Made by a program: the position numbers and the translations under genes. The notes beneath the pieces were generated by a model. It was given only the letters and a program-made list of their open reading frames with translations. It ran no database searches and was not told where the DNA came from. Shown here in pieces: positions 53,101-63,817 of a DNA stretch of 64,000 nucleotides. Origin of the DNA: Candidatus Latescibacterota bacterium (GTDB taxonomy: Bacteria > Latescibacterota > UBA2968 > SICM01); assembly GCA_965217865.1 (NCBI GenBank), contig CBDCJO010000002.1:2368001-2432000 (forward strand), in the 5' to 3' direction. How positions within the stretch are numbered: position 1 is the first letter of the stretch; every line of letters starts with the position of its first letter.

Positions 53101-55655
53101 ATCCTTTCGACGTGCACCCGGACGGGATCCTCTCGTTGAATGTCCTCCGTATAGTCCGTCGTCAGTCCCCAGGAGATCCGGCTGTCCGCCGGTTCGGTGG
53201 TCCGTCACCCGACCGTCGCGGTCGTCGAGGTCACATTCAGCACCGTCACCGCACGCATTCCCGGAGGGATCGTGTCCCGATCCGCGGATATGGAAAAGCT
53301 GAAGATATCTGTCAGGTTCTGATTTCCGCTGGCATCGGTGTTCCCCGCACGGAAGAAGTAGGTGCCAGGAGCCAGGCCGAGGATCGGGACGCGGTGGGTC
53401 CGGTCAAAATCCGCAAACGTAAGCTCCTGAACCAGACTGTCCGGGTCTGACGATGTCCCGTAGACCACCCTTCGGTCCGCGGGCTCATCCGTGAACCAGC
53501 GGACGATCCCGGACTGCACGATCGGACCTCCGGTAACGATCGGGTCCGAGTTGTCCGGCTTCGCCCGCAGCCGGAACGACAGAATGGCTCCCACGGTCGG
53601 TCCGTTGCCTTCACCGTCGGTCGACCCCACGCGATAGTACACCTTCGAACCCGGGACAAGACCGACCAGGGTCATGTTGTGTCTGACGACGAGTTCGTCG
53701 TCCGTGATCAGGTTGATCAGGCTGTCCGGGTCCTCCGAATTCCCGTATTCCACCTGGCTGTCCGAGGACTCGTTCGTCCCCCAGACGATCTGCGCCTGCG
53801 TGTCCGTCCGGTTCAACACGACCGAAGGAAAGGTGATCTTGGGCAAAAGGTCATCCCGGGAGACCCGGGTCCTGCCTTCGAATGTCTCTGAGGAGATCCG
53901 GATTCCGGCCGGGTCTTCCGAGGCCACCTGGAGATGGAAGACCGTCCCCGGGGGCAGTCCGACGACCGAGACCCGATGGTCCCTCACCAAATCCTCTGAG
54001 GCGACCGAATCCTCAAGAGCGGTCTCACCGAACCGTACGACCGAGGTGCCGGTCACATTCGTCTTCCAGCCGACATCGATGCGGTCAACGGACCGCGCCA
54101 TTACGACCGGTCGGCCCAGGAGCCGGATCGGAGGAACCACCGTGGCGGTCCGGAAAGCCCGAATCGGACTCTCTCGCTTCAGGCCGCCAGCGCCGATCGA
54201 TGCCACCCGGAAAAAGTGACGGGTGCCGGTCGCCAATCCCTTCAACCTCACCCGGTGATCCCGGACGAGGTCCGTGGAGTCAGACGTCTCGGTAAGGGTG
54301 GAATCGATCCCGTAGTTGACCACCCCAACGCTCGCTTCGTCCGACCTCCAGAAAATCAGGACTTCCGTATCCCTGATCTCGAGCGGGGCCGGTCCCTCGA
54401 CGTGAACGGGCGGAAAGTTCCGGATTTCCCGAAGTGTGTTGAAACTGCCGCCTTTGCCCGGGACCGGTTCCCCCCCAAATCCGAAGAATAAACCCGGACA
54501 AAATAGCGCGTACCGAGCGACAAACCCGTGATCTTCTGGCTGTGCTTCCGTACCTTGGCCGTGTCTTTGGGAACGGCCACCGGAGAGGTGAATTCCTTGT
54601 CGATGGCGTATTCGACCTCCGTGTCTCCAGGACGGTCGGTTTCGAACCCCACGTTCACCGATTCGTCCGTGATCCCGAAAAACCCGGGTCCCCGGACGAT
54701 CACGGGCGCATCGGCTGAAATCCTCTGAACGGAGAGGGTGATCGCGGGTTCCAGCAGCTCGTCTCCGGCAGGACCCTTGAAGGTTACCGAGACGATTTGA
54801 AACGTCGCCGTCATCAGCCCGGGCCCTTCCTCTGAATAAAAACCGGCCTAGCAGGCCGTCACCGGACCTGGGCGTTCCCCCCAGCGAAGCCACGGCCACC
54901 TTAACCGAGTCCCCCTGAGCTAAAGGCAGGGGGAGCCCCGGAATCGCGGGTCCGACGGTGAAACCTTGATACGTCACAGCCGAGGTGTCGTAGCGGACCA
55001 CGATCGTGAACCCCGAGGCCTGAACGATCCGGCGGCCGAACACCTGTACCGGTATCAGGGCCAAATCGCCTACCTCCCGCTGCGTCAACCCCTGGAAACC
55101 CGGGTCGGGGTTGAGGTCGCCTAAAACACGGTCCCTGCCCGTCGGTTCCTTCGGGACCTCACCCGCGACGGTCAGGACGATACCGGGGGTGAAGGTGTCC
55201 TTATCGCTGGAGTTGATCTCGACCTGGGTAATCGTAAATTCGGCAGACTGGAAGTCCGGTTTTGCCCTGAAACTTAACGTGGCGAACAATTGATCCCCTG
55301 AAAACGTTCCCCCGAATACCGCCCCTCCGACGGTGACCAAGTCGGGGGCAAGTTGTTGTAGCGGGATGAAACCGGGGATACCTGGAGAAAACCCCTCGAA
55401 CTCCACCTGGGATTCATCGTACTGAACCAAAATCGTATACCCGTTCGACCCGGTCACCCCTTTGGCATATACCTCGATCTTTATGTCGTCCCCTGGCTTG
55501 GTCTCCCGTGCGTGTTGACCTTGATCCCCGGATTCCGGATTCATGTCCGCCGAAAGCATTGTGCTGGCGTTCGGGCCCGCTACTGCGGGGTGGGGAGCCG
55601 CAAAAAGATATGCAAACAAAAAGAGAAATAGCAAAAGCCGAAAGAGCGTTTCCAC
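50189..55655 (-). CDS. Large secreted multidomain protein (cohesin-like, many FN3-like repeats, dockerin/EF-hand, cohesin, FlgD/T9SS-type CTD), broken by about 5 frameshifts
   Basis: ORFs 53205-55655, 54356-54814, 51264-53117 and 50189-51343 share WxTDE..S.V.YG...H.V.L.L.PGT.Y repeats; GDADGNG and DFDGDG; NYPNPFNP. Confidence 0.75.
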
Positions 55656-55851
55656 TTCGAAATCCCCACCCGTACCCCGAAAAAGGGCTCGGCCTCCAGA
55701 AAGCCAAAGAAAGCATAACCTTACCTCCTTAAAAATAGAATAGCGTGAATTTTATTTTTGATTAAGTTCGCAACTATAAAACATCGTCTATTATCTTTCC
55801 TCCCTCTGTGTTGTAAATCACACTATTGCCAGATTGCCATGAAATTTCCTG

Positions 55852-56931
55852 CTATCTACTTTGTAGATCGGCCTCTCGCATTTCGGATAGCAGCGCCACG
55901 ATCGACCCCCCATCCATATTATCGACTGTTGATTGTTCGACCACTTTCACGCAGGTGCTGTTCGCTGGAACCCAACGGGGGACGTCCTTTTTTGGCACAA
56001 TCCCTAAGGTGGGAAGCCACTTGGCCACGGAGAGATGGAACAGATCGGTATTCCCCGCAATGAAGCCCTCACACGCCTCCATCAACGCAACGGTTCGGGG
56101 CAGGTCATCGGTCTGAAAAAGGAGCGCCCGAGGACCGAGCATCTCCTTCAACCGGTTGGCCACGTGGCGTTGATCAAAATCGAAAAAGATAATCGCCCGG
56201 CAAGCCTTGTCCACCGCTCGAACGATGTTCACCCACTGTCGAAACGTAAGCGGTGAACCGATTCCGGAGCTGACGTCGATCCCGACAAGGCGTTCAGGAT
56301 TACGCCGATCCCCCAGGTAGCGGTCAAGGATCTTCTTGGCCCCCTCCTGTGGAACGGACCATCCTAGCCCCCCTTCTCCTTCGACGATGTTGAGGGCTTG
56401 GAGCATCAAAGAAAGACGTTCCGCCTCATAGCATGAATCCCTTGCTGGGACGATTCGAAAATTGAAGAACGGTACATCATCATAGTGGAACCCGACACGG
56501 AGTTTACCCCCACTTCGATAGCATAGGTAGGCTGGCAGGAGGCATTCAGGATCCCCGAAACAGAATACCAGATCAAATTCCCTTCGACGTAATCTGCGGA
56601 CCAGTTCCCGGAGTCTTGTCCCGATCGGAAGAACAAAATCGCTGCAGAGGATGACATCATCTATAAATGGCATCTGTCTGGCAATGTATTCCCGGCGTGC
56701 TTCGGTCAACAGGCTGACCTCTGCCCTGGGATATCGGTTCTTGATTGCCTTGAACTTGGACGCACCAAGGAAGAGGCCGCCGGCACGCAAGTCCGGTATA
56801 ATCAGAATGTTTCGCGGATTATCCAGGACATCGGAAACGGAAATGGCAGGACTCCGGCAGATTCGGCCCCTGTAGAAAGACATCAGAGCTCGGGCGAAGA
56901 AACTCCGAAAAATCCCTTTGTTAAGTTTCAC
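55852..56931 (-). CDS. Glycosyltransferase family 9 (heptosyltransferase-like)
   Basis: KNRYPRAEVSLL, LRRREFDL, FIAGNTDLFHLS. Confidence 0.75.
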   Translation of the reverse strand: MKLNKGIFRSFFARALMSFYRGRICRSPAISVSDVLDNPRNILIIPDLRAGGLFLGASKFKAIKNRYPRAEVSLLTEARREYIARQMPFIDDVILCSDFVLPIGTRLRELVRRLRRREFDLVFCFGDPECLLPAYLCYRSGGKLRVGFHYDDVPFFNFRIVPARDSCYEAERLSLMLQALNIVEGEGGLGWSVPQEGAKKILDRYLGDRRNPERLVGIDVSSGIGSPLTFRQWVNIVRAVDKACRAIIFFDFDQRHVANRLKEMLGPRALLFQTDDLPRTVALMEACEGFIAGNTDLFHLSVAKWLPTLGIVPKKDVPRWVPANSTCVKVVEQSTVDNMDGGSIVALLSEMREADLQSR

Positions 56932-56938
56932 AGCTCAA

Positions 56939-57961
56939 TCAGTCTCCCCAACGTTTGGCTTCGGCTTTTACGCATTTAGCCATCTTCCGGTACGACCTCT
57001 GATCGAAACGAAGCCGTTGATCCTCGGCCCCAAGACTGAACAGGATGCTGTAAAGATCACCGGCGGCTGGACATTTCGGATTCTCTATTAGATAAGGCCG
57101 CATATGTTCACACGCATCCACCACCTCTTTATCCTCGTGGATTTGACCCGCAAATGTCATGTCCACGCCCAGATAAGCCCCGGACCAGATCAACGAATCG
57201 CACGGCATCCTCGATGTGGTCCCTTTTGCGGACCCGGTTCATGATAAATCTCGGGCGAAATTGCGCCACGGCTAGCTGGGCCGCCTCTCCTGCCGCACTG
57301 TCCCGTTCCGCCAATGCGCGAATGAGATCGTCGATCTTCAATGCCTTTCCGCCCGCGACCGCAAACTGGCTGATCAACAACTGCATCTCCTTATGCTTTG
57401 AAAAAATCCGCATAAGATTTCTGTAGACCGCACTTTTCACGAACGCATAGGCATCGATCTTTGCGTGGGGTTCCGGGTTGGCCACAACAATCCCCTCTTG
57501 GGACATGATGAAAAAGTCCAGGGTGTTGTAGGCCATTCCGGCCCCGAGGTCGACGATTATGTAATCGGCGTTGATCTCTGCGATATGCCGTTTGAGTTTC
57601 TGCTTCGTCTGATACGGAAGGTTCGCAAGCCCCAGCATTTCGCTCCCTCCGCAGATCAACCGGAGGTTTTCATTGGGTGTGGGGAGCAGGACATCCTCCA
57701 AGTCCATGACCCTTCCTTTGATGAAGTCGCTGAGATTTCGTTCAGGATTGGATATCCCGAAGAGGAAATGAAGGTTTGGGGCTCCCAGGTCTCCGTCGAT
57801 CAGGATGACTTTATATCCCAATAAGGAAAGCCCAACCCCAAGGTTGGCTGTCACGACGGTCTTTCCGGTTCCCCCTTTTCCCCCAGCGATTGCCCAGATT
57901 CGTTTTTCGGGCTCTTCCGCCTCTAAAAGGACTTCCCCTGGTCTGCACGCATGGTTGCCAT
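56939..57961 (-). CDS. MinD/FlhG (FleN)-like ATPase (frameshifts near 57937 and 57180)
   Basis: IWAIAGGKGGTGKT, DGDLGAPNLH, IVDLGAG, LDFF. Confidence 0.8.
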
Positions 57962-58118
57962 AAGACCTCGAAATGTATCATAACACAAAAATTTACACAG
58001 CATTTATCTCCATAATTATCGGGTAATTAATAAATTTCACCTCTCAATGTCAACTGGAATCTCGAATCCGGGTCCATGGCGGGGCTGAATCGTCGTAATT
58101 TCCATATCTATATTCCAC

Positions 58119-58147
58119 TTGCAATATTCATCCGGATATGTTAATTT
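58119..58147 (+). promoter_or_regulatory. Sigma70-type promoter (a divergent TTGACA box lies at 58053-58048 on the minus strand)
   Basis: TTGCAA-17 nt-TAATTT with extended TGn. Confidence 0.5.
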
Positions 58148-58225
58148 AGGGAGGTAATTTTTTTGAATTCCGGAATGTATGATGAAATTTATCCCGTACA
58201 TTTGGGGAAATGGGAGGCCACACTT

Positions 58226-59191
58226 ATGAATGGATCAAACGGCAGACCGAGTTCGCTCTACGAGCAGACCCTGGAATGTGCGCGCCGTGAGATTGACGAG
58301 GCCTCCGCAGAGATCGCCCAGATGAGAGATCGCCTGATGGGGCTCGAGGCGCGTATGGAGGCTGCAAAGGCCGTCTACGAAGCAGTCGCCGCCCGTCTGA
58401 ATATCGAAGATGAGATCAATGAGGCCCCACCGGAGGAAGTCGAAGAGCAAATCCCCGAACCTTCCACTCCTCCCCTCTCCCAGGAAGAAATTTCCAGGCT
58501 CCTCCATGCCCAGAAGTCTGTGCAACCCCCTATTCGCGAAGCACCGACCGCCCCTCAAGCACCGGCTCCGCAACCCAATCCGGTCGCCCAGGAGCCTATT
58601 GGCCTACCCTCATCCGAAAGCGATCTGATTCGACAGCACCTCCAGGCTCGGTCGGGTGCGGAGACCGCCCCCCAGGCACCGGCGACGCAACCTCAAGCAC
58701 CGGCTCCGCAGCCCAATCCGGTCGCCCAGGAGCCTACTGGCCTACGCTCATCCGAAAGCGATCTGATTCGACAGCACCTTCAGGCTCGGGCGGGTACAGG
58801 GACCGCCCCCCAGGCACCGGCAACGCAACCTCAAGCACCGGCTCCGGCCGCTCAAGAGCCTGCCGGTCTACCCTCATCCGAAAGCGATCTGATTCGACAG
58901 CACCTTCAGGCACGGGCGGGTGCAGAGACCGTCCCCCAGACACAGGCGACCCAACCTCAAGCACCGGCTCCGGCCGCTCAGGAGTCTTCCGGCCTGCCCC
59001 CATCCGAAAGCGATCTGATCCGGCAGCACCTCCAGGCACAGTCGGGTGCGGAGAGCGCTTCCCCGAAAGCATCGGTCGCCGAACCAAAACCCTCGACACC
59101 CGCCCCGGCGGGCGGACTCAATGAAGAGGATCGAAAGCTAATCGAGGAACATCTCCGCCGTCGGATAGAGAGCGAAAGCCACAACACCTGA
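58226..59191 (+). CDS. Hypothetical protein: N-terminal coiled coil and a Pro/Gln/Ala-rich region with repeated helical motifs
   Basis: GGAGG RBS before MNGSNG; four copies of QE-x-x-GL-x-x-SESDLIRQHLQA. Confidence 0.8.
   Translation: MNGSNGRPSSLYEQTLECARREIDEASAEIAQMRDRLMGLEARMEAAKAVYEAVAARLNIEDEINEAPPEEVEEQIPEPSTPPLSQEEISRLLHAQKSVQPPIREAPTAPQAPAPQPNPVAQEPIGLPSSESDLIRQHLQARSGAETAPQAPATQPQAPAPQPNPVAQEPTGLRSSESDLIRQHLQARAGTGTAPQAPATQPQAPAPAAQEPAGLPSSESDLIRQHLQARAGAETVPQTQATQPQAPAPAAQESSGLPPSESDLIRQHLQAQSGAESASPKASVAEPKPSTPAPAGGLNEEDRKLIEEHLRRRIESESHNT
58550..59050 (+). repeat. Intragenic tandem repeat, units of 138, 126 and 126 bp
   Basis: Motif starts at 58589, 58727, 58853 and 58979. Confidence 0.92.
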
Positions 59192-59247
59192 CCATCGCTC
59201 GATAAGCCATTCCAAAATTCGATCTGGCCTCCCAGACGTCGAGGGCC

Positions 59248-59754
59248 TTGGCCAGATCGATTTTTTTTGATGGGTCAGTGTCCTCATTAAAAAAGGTTCG
59301 CGCCTACTCGGTCATCCAGGATCGGATTCATGCCGTCTTGGCCGGGGATCGATCCTGGAACCTGACCCAAATCGCCCTCCTGTCTTATCCCCCCCATCAC
59401 TATCCCCTTATCGCCCTTTGTCGTTCCTCAACGGAGGAAGCACCTCAACTCAGCATCTCCGCTGGAATTCACGGAGACGAACCCGCCGGGGTGGAAGCTG
59501 TGCTTCGCTTTCTCGAATCAGACGCCCACCGGCTACACCCATCGTTAAACCTCATCCTCATTCCTTGCCAGAATCCCTTCGGATATGAACACGACTGCAG
59601 GTTTAACGGGTGCGGCCTGGACCTGAATCGTCAATTCGACAAGCTGGAGACCCAGGCCATCGAGTCCGAACCCCTTAGACGATTTCTTTTAAACCGGCAA
59701 ATCGACTACGTGGTCGAATGCCACCGTTCGAAAAGCGCGTGGCCATGCATCTAA
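59248..59754 (+). pseudogene. M14/succinylglutamate desuccinylase-type metallopeptidase, C-terminally truncated
   Basis: AGIHGDEPAG, NPFGY, DLNR, VECH then an early stop. Confidence 0.7.
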
Positions 59755-59818
59755 CGGCCATTCGCACCGCCATCGAAAACGCAAAGCGTGATGCGTGAAG
59801 CAACCCTGCGCTCACGCT

Positions 59819-61165
59819 TCACGAGATGCGCTTTGCGGGTTTATCTTCGAACCCGATCACCCGCTCACACCATCGGGCGACCCGGAACAGGTCCGCTTCA
59901 CCAAAGGGATGTCCCACAAGCTGCACAGCCACAGGGAGACCATTTTTTGCGATTTCAACCGGGATCACCACGGTTGGCAATCCCGAGTAAGACCACGGGG
60001 AATTGAAGATGGGGTCTCCTGTTGTCGTAAGGTCTGGCGCCGTGGTCGGTGTCGCTGGTATCAGGAGGGCATCGAATCCCTTCAGGGAATTTCCGATGGC
60101 CTTCTTGAATTGTAACTGGTGTTCACGAGCAGTTGCATAGGCAGCCGCGGTCAACCCCTGGCCCTCCTCGATGAGCCCGCGAATCTTCGGACGGTATTCT
60201 TCTTTTCGATCCGGGAATTGGGTCTTGTGGACCTTCGCAAGTTCCGCACACATCAGGGTCCGGTGCATCTGATAGGCCTCGCAAAAACCGTCCGGAATCC
60301 TGGCCTCCATTAAGATGGCACCTCCCGATTGAAAATCCCGACCCGCCTTCTCCAGAGCTCGACTAATGTCCGGATCCATCCGGTCCCTGAAGAGATCGCT
60401 TGATCGTCCGATTCGAGGCGGGGAATCCCCCTCCATCCGACACGCCTTCACGTAATCATCGACCTGAATCGGGGATGAAACGGGATCCTCTGGATCGTGT
60501 CCGGAGATCGTTTGCAGCAGAAGGGCAGCGTCCGATACGGACCGGGCAAAGGGGCCGGGATGATCCAGACTGATGCTGACTGGAATGAACCCATTTGTGG
60601 ACACTCGGCCATAGGTCGGTTTACAGCCGACGATCCCACAATAGGCGGCAGGCCGACTGATGGAGCCGCCGGTCTGTGATCCGATGGCTCCGAAACACAT
60701 GTCTGCGGCCACTGCAGCAGCGGATCCGCTGCTGGAGCCACCGGGGGTGTGCGAGAGATCCCATGGATTTCGCGTTTCGGCCGGGTCGAAACAGGCAAAT
60801 TCGGTCGTGACGGTTTTCCCCAGGATCACCGCCCCCGCCTCCCTCAGTTTGGCAACCACCGTGGAATCCCGGTCTGCGGGGGGAATATTCGCCAAGACCC
60901 GGGAACCCGCTCTGGTCGGAAATCCCTCTACGTGGACGATGTCCTTGACGCCCAGAGGGATTCCGTGCAAAGGGCCTTTCCACCCTCCTTCACGAATCTC
61001 CGCCTCCATCCTTGCGGCAGCAGACAACGCCCCCCTTCGATCGACTTCGACCCACGCCCGGATCTCTTGATCCAATGAATCGATCCGTTCCAGGCAGAGC
61101 TGAACAAGGTCCACCGGTGATACCTCGCGGCTCCGGATACGTTCAGACACCCCGGTAATCGTCAT
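59819..61165 (-). CDS. Amidase signature family protein
   Basis: GPLHGIPLGVKD, PGGSSSGSAA, GSQTGGSISRPA. Confidence 0.93.
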   Translation of the reverse strand: MTITGVSERIRSREVSPVDLVQLCLERIDSLDQEIRAWVEVDRRGALSAAARMEAEIREGGWKGPLHGIPLGVKDIVHVEGFPTRAGSRVLANIPPADRDSTVVAKLREAGAVILGKTVTTEFACFDPAETRNPWDLSHTPGGSSSGSAAAVAADMCFGAIGSQTGGSISRPAAYCGIVGCKPTYGRVSTNGFIPVSISLDHPGPFARSVSDAALLLQTISGHDPEDPVSSPIQVDDYVKACRMEGDSPPRIGRSSDLFRDRMDPDISRALEKAGRDFQSGGAILMEARIPDGFCEAYQMHRTLMCAELAKVHKTQFPDRKEEYRPKIRGLIEEGQGLTAAAYATAREHQLQFKKAIGNSLKGFDALLIPATPTTAPDLTTTGDPIFNSPWSYSGLPTVVIPVEIAKNGLPVAVQLVGHPFGEADLFRVARWCERVIGFEDKPAKRIS

Positions 61166-61270
61166 CGGGATCCCTTCTTGAAATCCTTCGTTAGGTTCTT
61201 AAATCCCCGACTCATAACTTATGGGTATGCAGATTCATACCGGGTGTCAACCGAAAACCGTAAATCAGAA

Positions 61271-61299
61271 TTGACACGTCCCAAAGCGAGTACTATATT
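61271..61299 (+). promoter_or_regulatory. Sigma70-type promoter
   Basis: TTGACA-17 nt-TATATT. Confidence 0.7.
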
Positions 61300-61346
61300 G
61301 GCCATATCGTTGAAACGAGGTCCTTGAATTCCTGGATTGTTCTGGT

Positions 61347-62561
61347 TTGGACAGGAGTCGTTCCTTGCTTAACCCAAAAAAACTGAACATCGCCCTCGTC
61401 GGTGCCGGAGGCCGTGGCGTGGGAGCACGTCTGCCGAGTATCCTGCGCATGAAAGACCGGTTCAACCTGGTGGCTGTTTGCGATATGGACGAGGAAAAAG
61501 CCGGCAAGGTGGCGTCAGAACACGGTGCCCGGGCTTACAACCGGATCCAGGATCTCGTTAAGAAGGAAACCCTCGACGTCGTGGCCATCAGCACCCCGGG
61601 GGATTCTCACCACGCGATCGGGACATATCTCGCCGAGAATAAGATCAACCTGATCGTGGAAACCCCCCTGGCGATGAGCCTCCCTACTGCGGACCTGTTG
61701 ATCGATGCGGTGGACCGGAATCACGTGAAGCTTGAAGTGGCGGAGCAATATCCCCGGGATCCCCTTCACCACATGAAGCGGACAGTCATCGACAAGGGGC
61801 TCATCGGAGAGGTCCTCCGAATCTACCACCTCTTCAATACCGGAGGCTATCACGTGGTCAGCAGTATCCGAATGCTTGCCGGTGCAAGGGCTACTCGTGT
61901 CACGGGGATCTCTCAGGATCGACCGATCCCGCGCGTGAACAGAAGTTCGGTTCGGCAGTTTACGTCGGAGGAGTGGTCGATGGGGCTGATCGATTTCGAA
62001 AACAATGCCCTGGCCATCACCGCCTATTCCCCGCTCTACCACGCCCGCGCGATTGGCAGAAAAAGTGTGACCCTTTTCCAGGTGGACGGCACGACCGGAT
62101 CCATCGTCGAAGATGAAGTACACCTGACGACGGAGGAACAGCGCCTGAACGGGGGCGTGGCAACCGTTTACCCGATCCGGACCGTCACCAGGATGCTGGA
62201 GGATGTAGAGGTCCTGGAGCGCATGGAGATCGAGACCGAACCGAAAGTCACCTGGGAGAATCCCTGGCCGGACCAGAAGGTTGGTCCATCCCGCCTTTCG
62301 GTCTTCGAAGAGATGGACAGCATCTCACAGGCGGTGCTCAACGATCGGCCCACAAGCTACGACGCCAGGCAGGGGCGGGCGGATCAGGAGATTTGCATCG
62401 CCTGGGAGGAGTCGGGAAGAAGGGGACGGATTCCGATCGACCTTCCCCTGAAGGGGATCACCGGTTACGAGGAAGACCTCCACGGAAAATTCGAGGAAAA
62501 ATACGGCTGTGAGCCCACGGACGTTGAGCGGCTCCTGGACGTCTTTTTTCCAAAAACTTGA
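61347..62561 (+). CDS. Gfo/Idh/MocA family oxidoreductase
   Basis: IALVGAGGRG, VAVCD, ETPLA. Confidence 0.85.
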   Translation: MDRSRSLLNPKKLNIALVGAGGRGVGARLPSILRMKDRFNLVAVCDMDEEKAGKVASEHGARAYNRIQDLVKKETLDVVAISTPGDSHHAIGTYLAENKINLIVETPLAMSLPTADLLIDAVDRNHVKLEVAEQYPRDPLHHMKRTVIDKGLIGEVLRIYHLFNTGGYHVVSSIRMLAGARATRVTGISQDRPIPRVNRSSVRQFTSEEWSMGLIDFENNALAITAYSPLYHARAIGRKSVTLFQVDGTTGSIVEDEVHLTTEEQRLNGGVATVYPIRTVTRMLEDVEVLERMEIETEPKVTWENPWPDQKVGPSRLSVFEEMDSISQAVLNDRPTSYDARQGRADQEICIAWEESGRRGRIPIDLPLKGITGYEEDLHGKFEEKYGCEPTDVERLLDVFFPKT

Positions 62562-62586
62562 TCTCTCGAACCTTCGGTTTCCGATC

Positions 62587-63817
62587 GTGGATCCAATCGA
62601 AACGCAGACCTTTCAAGCTAGTGCCGATCTCCTTCGCTCCACCTATCATCCGGCACCCTCCGATATCCGCCTGGTTCATTCCCCCTATCGCATCTGCCCG
62701 ATCGGAGCTCACATCGATCATCAGTTGGGATGCGTGTTGGGAATGCCCATAGACCGTGGGGTTTCGCTCGTATTCGCCCCTAACCAGGACAGGCGGGTTC
62801 GCTCTCAGGAGTCTCGATTTTCCCGGAGAGGTATCCTTTTCCCTTGACGATGTACCCGCCAGGAAAAACGGCGATTGGGGGAACTACCCAAGAGGTGCGG
62901 CCAGGGCGCTTGGCGGAGAACATCCCCTTCGCCTGGGGTTCGACGCCGTTCTCGGAGGAAGCTTGCCCATAGGTGGTCTCAGTTCGTCAGCGGCAGTGGG
63001 AATCGCATATCTCATGGCCCTTGCCGATGTGAACCAGCTGACGCTTTCACACGATGACTTCATAGAACTCGACCGGTACATTGAAAACGTTTACCTGGGT
63101 CTGAATAACGGCATACTCGACCAGTCCACGATCCTGGCCGGACAGAGGGAAGGCCTCCTCCACATCGACTGCCTCACGAGGAAACGTCGTGTCCTAACGT
63201 CCCCCGAGGATATGCATCCGTTCGACATCCTGGTGGTCTTCTCCGGGGTATCGCAGCCCCTGGTGACCACCGGCTACAACCAACGGGTCGCCGAATGCGA
63301 GGACGCTGCGCGTCGCCTGCTTGAAATGGCGGGTGAAACCATACCGGTTCGTCCCAAATTTCGGCACGTTTCCCGGAAGGCCTACGAAAACTACCGCTCT
63401 TCTCTTCCCACTTCGATGCGCTTGCGCGCAGCCCACTTTTTCTCCGAAACCGAACGGGTTTCCGAGGGAATAGCGGCATGGACATCAGGAGATGTCATGA
63501 AGTTCGGCGACCTGATGAACGCCTCCGGCAGAAGCTCCATCGGTAACTATGTGTGCGGCAGTCCCCCTCTGATCGCACTCTACGAAATATTATGCGATAC
63601 TCCCGGGGTCTTCGGGACCCGGTTCTCGGGGGCGGGTTTTCGCGGGGCTTGCGTTGCGTTCGTAGACCCCGCGCATCGAGAGGAGATCGAGGATCGGGTA
63701 AGGAATCGATACATCGGACGCTTTCCGGACTATGGAAAGAATTTATCGATCCACACCTGCCGGGCGGGAAACGGGGCGCGAATCCTGGAAGGCGCCCAAG
63801 GGAAGGCTGGCACATAA
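62587..63817 (+). CDS. GHMP kinase, galacturonokinase/galactokinase-like (frameshift near 62795)
   Basis: SPYRICPIGAHIDHQ, GGLSSSAA, NGILDQ, RFSGAGFRG. Confidence 0.8.

Noticed and set aside
58076-58100. c-di-AMP (ydaO) riboswitch suggested by GCTGAAT
   Set aside because: The remaining conserved elements and pairings are absent.
58550-59050. CRISPR-like array
   Set aside because: Unit lengths are multiples of 3, the intervening sequences are homologous and coding, and there are no cas genes.
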